From the IMG/VR virus record IMGVR_UViG_3300044974_000943: a DNA stretch of 64,000 bases; one strand, written 5' to 3'. This document shows positions 56,890 to 64,000 of this stretch, one piece after another. Position 1 is the first letter of the stretch. Each line of letters begins with the position of its first letter. The notes beneath the pieces were generated by a model. That model saw only the letters and a program-made list of their open reading frames with translations, ran no database searches and was not told the origin of the DNA. This DNA is from a virus. Both the position numbers and the translations under genes were made by a program.

Positions 56890-57795
56890 TTAACCAAGAT
56901 TATTCCAAAGATTTTCAGATAAATTGTTCCACTGGGAATCTTCTAAATTATCCCAAACATAAGTTGCAAGCACAATTAAATTACTATCGAAACCTAAAGC
57001 GCTATTTGTCTCTAGGTTTTTTATTTTTAGGGGCAGATTGTACACGATTCGGGGTGCAGAAAGAAGTGAGGTCGCCAATTCTAGTTCACTCTCAGTTGTC
57101 AGCAGCAGCTTGTCAAATTTTAGCTCTGATTGCGGAATATAGTCCGATACTCGTCGTCCAAGCTCCAAAAGATGCACATTATCGATAGCTGGCACAAAAA
57201 GCAAGAAATTAAGCAGCTCACCGCCAAATCCTTCGCCTAAAACAAATGACGACAAGTTTGGTAACATATATCCAGCATCAAGTTTGGTGTTTTGTTGAAA
57301 ATCAGCTAAATTTATCGATGTATTTGTCACTCCAGTAACAACATCATGCGAAAGTAGGCAGACTTGAGTAGTTTCGAGGTCGCCAAGAGTCAATTCTCGG
57401 TCAGAAACGTTGAGTCGTGAGTAATTCTGTGCAAAATTCGTAGTAGTGTAGTCAATTTCGAGCAGTTTGGGTAGATTTGGGTTGGTTTTGCCAACTTTTA
57501 GTAATGAATTAGCTGAATTTTTAGATACGACAAGTAAAGAGTAGCCAGAAGCGCCAGAAATGATGTCTGAGACGCGAGGAGATAATTTCTGGGTAGAAGT
57601 AAACGTTATCCCTTCAACACCTCGTTGCGGAAAGTTTAGTGCGCCTGTAGAGATAAAGTCGTAATCTGTGTTGCCAATTAAATTTAGCTGAGTGAAAGTT
57701 GACCCACTCACGCTACTATATGCAACATTAGTGAAGTCAAGATAACTGCGGCATGGAAGTGCGTTGTCTGCGATATAATCGAGCGATAGTGTCAT
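56890..57795 (-). CDS. Hypothetical structural protein, LamG-like
   Basis: Beta-rich; FGGELLNFLLF resembles the terminal strand of LamG-like domains. Confidence 0.4.
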   Translation of the reverse strand: MTLSLDYIADNALPCRSYLDFTNVAYSSVSGSTFTQLNLIGNTDYDFISTGALNFPQRGVEGITFTSTQKLSPRVSDIISGASGYSLLVVSKNSANSLLKVGKTNPNLPKLLEIDYTTTNFAQNYSRLNVSDRELTLGDLETTQVCLLSHDVVTGVTNTSINLADFQQNTKLDAGYMLPNLSSFVLGEGFGGELLNFLLFVPAIDNVHLLELGRRVSDYIPQSELKFDKLLLTTESELELATSLLSAPRIVYNLPLKIKNLETNSALGFDSNLIVLATYVWDNLEDSQWNNLSENLWNNLG

Positions 57796-57829
57796 GTGTT
57801 AGGCTTGTTATTATTTATATTTTACTATT

Positions 57830-58315
57830 ATGACCATTTTGCTTTCTTGTGACATAGGATACCGCAATCTCGGATTTTCTGTAATAGAGGCAGAAAAAGA
57901 AAATCTGAAGTTATTGTATGCTGAAAATTTTGTCACAACTGGCAAAACTATCTCTGAGAATCTTAGTGAAATAGCGACACATTTCAAGCAACTAGTTAAA
58001 CAATATAAACCAAACACTTACATTTTTGAAGACCCTGTAATGAAAGGCGCGACTGGGGCAAAGTTGAATCAAGTAATTGGGGTACTTAGGTATTTGTCGT
58101 ATAAATATGAATTAGCTGAGTTTTGTTATAAGCCTACCGAAGTAAAAAAAGCAGTTACATCGGGGGGTGGAGCAGATAAGCAGCAGGTGATTGATGCAGT
58201 TGAAAAAGTATTTCCAGAACGTAAGTTCCCTTTAAGAGACAACCACTGCGCGGATAGTACGGCAGTGGCGCTTTGTCACATTTACAAAACTAAAATTCAG
58301 ATTGCGGATTCATAA
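57830..58315 (+). CDS. ruvC: Holliday junction resolvase RuvC
   Basis: LLSCDIG...G-F-S-V, IFED, YKPTEVKKAVT...ADKQQV and DNHCADSTAVALCH. Confidence 0.9.
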   Translation: MTILLSCDIGYRNLGFSVIEAEKENLKLLYAENFVTTGKTISENLSEIATHFKQLVKQYKPNTYIFEDPVMKGATGAKLNQVIGVLRYLSYKYELAEFCYKPTEVKKAVTSGGGADKQQVIDAVEKVFPERKFPLRDNHCADSTAVALCHIYKTKIQIADS

Positions 58316-58565
58316 GTTTGTAGAGTAATCTACCAACATTCATATCAACGCTACTTTGCATCTTTTTGCGGTCTGGTTTTGTGGAAAACTCTTCAGGAGT
58401 ATAAGTTATTTGCAAGTTGTAGGTCTTGCCATCAGTAGTACGCACTTTACGAGTAAGGCGTATAGCTTCAGGCGATTTTACAATTTCACAAGAAACATCT
58501 TTCCGTTCACCAACAACTCCTAAACAACTTTTTAAATACATGTCAAGAATTACTGAATTTTTCAT
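58290..58565 (-). CDS. Hypothetical basic protein
   Basis: Shares a segment with 33807..34328. Confidence 0.55.
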   Translation of the reverse strand: MKNSVILDMYLKSCLGVVGERKDVSCEIVKSPEAIRLTRKVRTTDGKTYNLQITYTPEEFSTKPDRKKMQSSVDMNVGRLLYKLMNPQSEF

Positions 58566-58568
58566 AAT

Positions 58569-59390
58569 CTAAGCCATAACCTTATTTAAAGCAACTTGCA
58601 AAATAGGAAAATGAATCTCAGAATACACAGACACATTATATTTTTTCTTGCCAGCGACAATGCAATGGCGTTTTTCAGGGTCATCTTTAACCAAAGAGCG
58701 ATATGTTTCAGCAACAATGCTTGCAAGTCGTCTGAATAGTGGTCGAGGAAGAGTCAAACCATCTTTTTTGTAATATAACCAAGCTTCAAGAGACATCTTG
58801 CCATCTGTAAATAAACCATCATGGGCGCTGGGCAGCATACCAGAATTGTCTTCCAATAAATTTAACAACTCATCTGTGCCAGTCATGTATGTTGAAGTCT
58901 TTTCACGAATTGCGGTGTATCGTTTTGAAACTTCTTTAAGACCGCGAACTTCAGAGAGAATTTCTTGCACAGTAGCAAGCAACCTAGAATCGTTTCTATC
59001 TTCAATACTGTTAGTTGCCTCTTTAATCCACTGGTGCAGACCTTTTTGTGCAAATTTTCTATATGCAAATAGCGCCTGAGAATCTTGTTTCTCAAAAGCA
59101 TAGTAAAAAATAAGAGCTTCGCAAGTTTTAGCAGGAACAATCTTAGCACCATTTACTCCAGCAAGCACGGTGCTAAAAGCCTTACCAGCAAAGGGTTCTA
59201 AGGTTTTTGGTAGGGGTTTTGCACGGTCTTCATCTGACTTGTCAATATTAGACAAAATTCTTGTACGCAGACTAGCTTCAGTCTTACCAATAAACCGAGC
59301 TAATGCACTGATGGACATTCCTGATTCTTGCCCGTCGGCACTTACATATAACTCAATATCTTCGACAATGACAGGACTTACTGTTTCCAT
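58569..59390 (-). CDS. Antirepressor-like DNA-binding protein
   Basis: ESGMSISALARFIG HTH-like N-terminus plus central coiled coil. Start at ATG 59390; TGCTATAGT promoter at 59422-59430. Confidence 0.5.
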   Translation of the reverse strand: METVSPVIVEDIELYVSADGQESGMSISALARFIGKTEASLRTRILSNIDKSDEDRAKPLPKTLEPFAGKAFSTVLAGVNGAKIVPAKTCEALIFYYAFEKQDSQALFAYRKFAQKGLHQWIKEATNSIEDRNDSRLLATVQEILSEVRGLKEVSKRYTAIREKTSTYMTGTDELLNLLEDNSGMLPSAHDGLFTDGKMSLEAWLYYKKDGLTLPRPLFRRLASIVAETYRSLVKDDPEKRHCIVAGKKKYNVSVYSEIHFPILQVALNKVMA

Positions 59391-59530
59391 ATTAATTAGT
59401 AGGTAATTTTTACTTGTACCCACTATAGCACATAAAAATACTAATCCCACACCTAATAAAATATTTTTACTAATAGATGACTTTGTATTTTACGGTATGA
59501 TATCTACATATAGATGAGTAAATATAAAAA

Positions 59531-59884
59531 ATGGCTGATTCTTTCCAGAAAATAATCTTAAGTGGAAGCACAAATGGAATTGGTATTCCTATCAACGCCA
59601 CTACATCAGGTTCGGCTAACACGATTCATACGAGTCATCCGACAAATTTGCACGAATGTTGGGTCGCATTTTGCAATAATAGTGCGAATGATGTGCTTGT
59701 AACTCTTGCAATTGGCGGAACTGGCTCTACTAATTTAATTCCTCTTACAATTCCTGCTGGCAGAGGTCTTGTGCCTGTGATAAATGGCTTAGTTTATACA
59801 GGTTCGGTAGTTATAAAAGCTTGGGCTGCAACTACTGGAGCTATTGTTGCGTATGGATTTGTTAATGAGATTGTAACTATCTAA
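59531..59884 (+). CDS. Small structural protein
   Basis: LSGSTNGIGI...TIHT...GFVN; coupled (TAATG) to a large lectin-like gene. Confidence 0.55.
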   Translation: MADSFQKIILSGSTNGIGIPINATTSGSANTIHTSHPTNLHECWVAFCNNSANDVLVTLAIGGTGSTNLIPLTIPAGRGLVPVINGLVYTGSVVIKAWAATTGAIVAYGFVNEIVTI

Positions 59885-62800
59885 TGTTTCCTAGACATAC
59901 CTTTTCTCCTGAACCACTTCAACTTACCGAAACAGAGCAGAACTATCTACCTACTCCTCTGGACGTATACGATAGCAGCACGATTTCGTATACCACTTCG
60001 TCAACAAGCTATTCATCCGTTACAAACAAATACGATTTTTCCTTTTTTGGGCAATTTTATCCCTCTGGAGTTATAAATCAAACTTTATTCACTGTAGCGG
60101 ATGAATTTACTTTTACAATCATCTCTGATGTGCTAGTAATTAAGCGTCAGATAGCTTCGGCAGTGTTTGAGACTATAAGTACTGGGCTAACCTTTACTAC
60201 GCTTACATGGTCACTGCTGCGCGTTGTCAGAAAAGGAAATGTGCTGAGTATCAAGATAAATGAGTTGGCGGCTACTCTCGTCTTCAACTACAAGATTCAG
60301 TCTGGCACTTTTAAAATAGGCAACTTCACTGGTGATGTTAAAAATATTGGCTACAAGAATGTGGCAATTCCTTGGCTTTTATCAATAAGTGCAGAGGTTT
60401 TCGATAGCGCCTTGGTTGACTATGAGCCGAGCGACAATCAAATCTGCTATCTAAAATATGCTGACGAAATTGGCAACTTTACAAAATTGACTGACACGAC
60501 CACAAATGACTATAAAACACAAACGAAGCTAATAACGCCCAATTCCCTTATCATACAAAGCGCCCGACTTCTCACATCAAGTTTTACAGTCGAGCTACGA
60601 TTTCTTTCTGCCAACATCGGTGCAAATGTAGAGCTACTAAGCTACTGGGACTCGCCCAACCTTAGTTTTTTTGTAAGGAAACTGGACAACCTATTCAAAT
60701 TTGGAAGACTCAACTCAAATACCATCAATCTACAAGACATTGGCACTTTTGACCCCTCAGAGCCTGTTCAAGTGCTTCGGCTAGAGTTTAGCCAGTATGC
60801 AGTTAAAGTGTGGCTCAACGGCGTACTAAAGCTTACTACAACGTTACAAATCAAACTACCGAGCTACAAGTTCTGGTTCAATTCAAGCAAATATCAAGCA
60901 CCTACAGGAAACTTCAGCCTAATTTCTTTTTCTGTCTGGGAGAGCGTGACCAACCTCGACCAATATTTTCCTCAAGTCGCTACGCTCCTGCCTCAAGCCA
61001 AGGTCGAGCAATTTTACCCAATTAAGTTCAGGAACAAAACGTCTTCAAATTTTCAGGGGATTTTTTCTAGGCGAATTTTTTCCGTTGCTGGCGCAACTTC
61101 TGTCGCTCCTAATTCAACCACCACATACACAATTACCCAAACTGGCTCGTACTCAGATTCCACAACCTACTTCGTAAGCTTACTAATCCCCAATAATTCT
61201 GACTGGCAAACAAATGAAGCGACTCTAAATGTTAGTACTGTATCTGTAGCGCCCAATTCACTGACAGCAACTTTCCAGTTAGTTTTAAGTAATTTTGCAG
61301 TACGACCAGCCCGAACACCAATTACCATAAGAATTTCAAACAGCACTTACTATCAAGATTATGAAGTGAGTCTTAATGAGTCACGTACTTTCGGCATCAC
61401 AAACATATCTGGATATCTTGACGGCTACTTTGCTAAATCAAGCGTAACTAGCGGCACAATACCTAATCTCACATCAACAGCTAATGCAACAACTAGTTCG
61501 ACACTGGAAACTTCGCTTTTATATGGCAAGACATACAACATCGCAAGCTCAGGGCAGAAAATAAATCTTGCTTCGCAGGTGGTCGGTGTTCGTACCTTGT
61601 TTTTTGTGTATCGAGAGTTGGCGGCTAAATCATATCGCAAATATGTTGGCTCAAGTTCAGGCTACACCTTCAATGGCGGCTCAGGCACTCAGTTGGTAGG
61701 CGCACTTCAGTTTAATGAAGGTGATTTTGTAAAAGTATCCACGCAGTCGGGTCGCTTTAGTAAAGTGGCAATTTCTGAGGATGAAAGTAATCTTGTTTAC
61801 ATTGACGATTTGGCGAACACAGTCAAAGTAGTGCGACGAATTTCTGGTATTTGGGCGTTCGGGTCTGCGGTAACTTTGCCACTGACTTCAGGTGACGCTG
61901 CTGCTTTAGCTAACGCCTCGCTTCAAATAAATAGCACTGGCGACTTGATTTGTATTGGTGTTAAAAATAGCAACTTAGGAGAAGGGCGCGTACTTCATTT
62001 CACTCGGACTGGCGTAGCTACTTGGACATCTACACTCAACTTAGGTCAAACTAGTCCTGTACCTTATATAGATGGCTTCGGTCTGGCGGCACTTGTAAAG
62101 GATGACAATACGGCACTTTTGGCTTCAGTTCAAGGCAGTAATAACATTTACAAGTTCACTTCTACTGCTGGAATCTACAATACGACCCCTAGTAACGTCT
62201 TCAACTTTTTCGGGAAAAAAATTCTGGGCAATTCTTCTTTGTCGCGATGGGCGGCGCAAGACAACTCAGGAAATGTTCGGGTTTTCGACTCAGACACGCT
62301 CACGCAAACAATTACAGGCGCTACGCTTGATTTTGCGCTAAAGGGCGATTACTTGGCGACCGCTAACTTTGCTAACGAGGTAAAAATTTGGAAATACGAA
62401 ACTGGCGCTTGGACAGTCATCAAAACCATCACAAGCGCGACCACTAATTTCGGATACTCGTTGTCATTTAATGCCAACTATGACTTGCTAGTGGGAAGCC
62501 CGAACGAATCAACTTCTTTTCTGTACTTTTTTTCTGATAACTGGACTACACCGAAAAGCTTCATAAGCACTGGACTATATGGGTACGCTAACGCTCTAGC
62601 GGCTTATAGTGTCCTGATAAGCAACTACACAGACCAGTTAGAATTTTATAGTAGTGATGGAGCCAGCATTTCCCAGATAATTACAGATGTACGGCAAAAA
62701 AAAGCGTCAACACCGCTAGACTCTAATCTAGACAGCACTGACGCTCAGGTATTGGTATTTAGTTCAAGTAGCGCGTTGACAGTCGATTCGATTGCAAGTG

Positions 62801-62925
62801 ACGTGAATGGACTTTTCTTGGGCTGTCTACTTTACAACAGACAGCTTACTACGGCTGAGATTCAGTCAATTGAGACAAACATCTACGAGTATCTTGGACT
62901 GGCTGAGAGGTCGCTTTACTCGTAA
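59884..62925 (+). CDS. Large structural protein with LamG-like and beta-propeller (FG-GAP-like) domains
   Basis: FGYSLSF...LLVGSP and FGLAAL repeats; LamG-type end LLYNRQLTTAEIQSIE. Confidence 0.6.
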   Translation: MFPRHTFSPEPLQLTETEQNYLPTPLDVYDSSTISYTTSSTSYSSVTNKYDFSFFGQFYPSGVINQTLFTVADEFTFTIISDVLVIKRQIASAVFETISTGLTFTTLTWSLLRVVRKGNVLSIKINELAATLVFNYKIQSGTFKIGNFTGDVKNIGYKNVAIPWLLSISAEVFDSALVDYEPSDNQICYLKYADEIGNFTKLTDTTTNDYKTQTKLITPNSLIIQSARLLTSSFTVELRFLSANIGANVELLSYWDSPNLSFFVRKLDNLFKFGRLNSNTINLQDIGTFDPSEPVQVLRLEFSQYAVKVWLNGVLKLTTTLQIKLPSYKFWFNSSKYQAPTGNFSLISFSVWESVTNLDQYFPQVATLLPQAKVEQFYPIKFRNKTSSNFQGIFSRRIFSVAGATSVAPNSTTTYTITQTGSYSDSTTYFVSLLIPNNSDWQTNEATLNVSTVSVAPNSLTATFQLVLSNFAVRPARTPITIRISNSTYYQDYEVSLNESRTFGITNISGYLDGYFAKSSVTSGTIPNLTSTANATTSSTLETSLLYGKTYNIASSGQKINLASQVVGVRTLFFVYRELAAKSYRKYVGSSSGYTFNGGSGTQLVGALQFNEGDFVKVSTQSGRFSKVAISEDESNLVYIDDLANTVKVVRRISGIWAFGSAVTLPLTSGDAAALANASLQINSTGDLICIGVKNSNLGEGRVLHFTRTGVATWTSTLNLGQTSPVPYIDGFGLAALVKDDNTALLASVQGSNNIYKFTSTAGIYNTTPSNVFNFFGKKILGNSSLSRWAAQDNSGNVRVFDSDTLTQTITGATLDFALKGDYLATANFANEVKIWKYETGAWTVIKTITSATTNFGYSLSFNANYDLLVGSPNESTSFLYFFSDNWTTPKSFISTGLYGYANALAAYSVLISNYTDQLEFYSSDGASISQIITDVRQKKASTPLDSNLDSTDAQVLVFSSSSALTVDSIASDVNGLFLGCLLYNRQLTTAEIQSIETNIYEYLGLAERSLYS

Positions 62926-63374
62926 TCCTTGAAAATACCTTCTACAAGCTCTTCAAACTTAGCTTCGTCGAAATCTTGCTTACTTTCAAAATAAGTCTCT
63001 AAGGTGCGGTTAACTTCTTCGATAAAAGAGGGATGCCACTTGTCACTCAGTCTGGTGTCAGCATCAACAGAAAAAGAAATTCTCTTGACCTGTACGCCCT
63101 TACCGAAAGCTTTCTCGAAGTGCAAGTCGTGAAGTCCATCTTTTGTGGTTGGGAATGATACTAAATAAAGTTGCTTGTATGGGTTAGGGTTTTCACCTGT
63201 CTTCAAGTAGTTGCAAACTTTTCTAACATAATCTTCCTCGTTAGGTAGATAGATAAATCCGATTCGGTCATTGGCACGAAGCTCGATGTAGTCGTATTCA
63301 CTGACTTTAAGGCGGATTGGAAAGTCTTGTTGTGAGATGATTGCTTCGATTTCAGATTGTGTTGTAATTGTCAT
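62916..63374 (-). CDS. Hypothetical protein
   Basis: Likely start at ATG 63374, after the upstream stop at 63379. Confidence 0.55.
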   Translation of the reverse strand: MTITTQSEIEAIISQQDFPIRLKVSEYDYIELRANDRIGFIYLPNEEDYVRKVCNYLKTGENPNPYKQLYLVSFPTTKDGLHDLHFEKAFGKGVQVKRISFSVDADTRLSDKWHPSFIEEVNRTLETYFESKQDFDEAKFEELVEGIFKDYE

Positions 63375-63378
63375 GTTT

Positions 63379-63666
63379 TTATCCGTAACTATTAGGGTCA
63401 AGGTCTTCAGCAGTAATTTCTCTGCATCCGATGTAGCAGATGCGAATGTCATCTTTACTTATCACAGTCTCACCCATGACATCAAGTTTTGAGTCTCTCA
63501 GTACATCAGCGACGAAAAGTATTCTACCCATGTTGATTGCATCTTGCTCGGTTTCATCTGGTTCATCGAGCAGAACTGTGTAGATATTGTTGTACGTGTC
63601 CTCGCTATTTCTAATTTCAGCGTAGACTGCAACAACGTAAATTCTGTTTTTAGGTTCCATAGTCAT
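63379..63666 (-). CDS. Hypothetical acidic protein
   Basis: ATGA-coupled operon. Confidence 0.55.
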   Translation of the reverse strand: MTMEPKNRIYVVAVYAEIRNSEDTYNNIYTVLLDEPDETEQDAINMGRILFVADVLRDSKLDVMGETVISKDDIRICYIGCREITAEDLDPNSYG

Positions 63667-63989
63667 TTACTGTACCAAAACGTTGCATTAATTTGCCACC
63701 AAATAAATCTGGCAGTGAAATAACAAAAACTCTCGTTATTACTTAACTTCTTACCGTTGATAGTGAATCGAGGCTGAACTTTGAACTGAAATAAAGGAAT
63801 AAAAATTACTCCTCCTAGCTTCCAAGGTTTTTCCCAGACTACGCTACGCTCAACTCCATCACGGAATTTATGTTTTCCGCGAATAAAGTTTACTGGGAAT
63901 ACTGTAACTAATCGATGCTTAATGCGGGGGTCACGTTTATTCATAACATTTTTCCAACTCAGATATTGCTGCGGAACTACCATCATCAA
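63663..63989 (-). CDS. Hypothetical protein
   Basis: ORF at the window edge; start uncertain. Confidence 0.5.
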   Translation of the reverse strand: MMMVVPQQYLSWKNVMNKRDPRIKHRLVTVFPVNFIRGKHKFRDGVERSVVWEKPWKLGGVIFIPLFQFKVQPRFTINGKKLSNNESFCYFTARFIWWQINATFWYSK

Positions 63990-64000
63990 AAATAATAGTT

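Noticed and set aside
460-62341. Numerous short antisense or nested ORFs in the track (e.g. 5641..6132, 17405..17788, 35943..36437, 47664..48074)
   Set aside because: They overlap longer, motif-bearing genes and show no recognisable motifs; treated as shadow ORFs.
37238-62925. Diversity-generating retroelement acting on lectin-like genes
   Set aside because: No reverse transcriptase and no template/variable repeat pair with adenine-specific differences was seen in this window.
1-64000. Alternative genetic code
   Set aside because: Coding density is high in the standard code, and TAA, TAG and TGA all end tightly packed genes.

Overview
This window is the virion-morphogenesis region of a large tailed dsDNA phage, about 40% GC, in the standard genetic code. 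The host is probably cyanobacterial, judged from a cyanobacterial-type RHH gene and extreme restriction-site avoidance. Head module: MuF-like protein, prohead serine protease, acidic scaffold, decoration protein and lambda gpE-like major capsid protein. Tail module: neck genes, a tail-chaperone pair with a probable -1 frameshift, a 1939-aa tape measure, and many LamG/Ig/FN3/SGNH fibre or receptor-binding genes on both strands. Also present: a displaced portal, two free-standing GIY-YIG endonucleases, RuvC and four tRNA-like genes. No terminase or tail sheath was recognised. The main new observation is a candidate capsid-cargo system. A 6-kb block between protease and scaffold, plus several dispersed genes, encodes glycine-zipper modules and a JAB/MPN-like protein. 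These carry an N-terminal M[RQK]HF-x-x-F tag resembling the T4 capsid-targeting sequence, or are joined into polyproteins by short basic linkers ending in A-x-F. The same A-x-F motif brackets the protease domain and recurs in the scaffold. Other highlights: a ~225-nt structured RNA directly after the portal gene, a strongly over-represented dispersed GCAGA(3-6)GA motif, no GP/PG dipeptides seen (GGNCC/CCNGG avoidance), a pseudoknot-like leader on a homing endonuclease, and a chimeric tRNA. All family assignments come from motif recognition by eye, not database searches.
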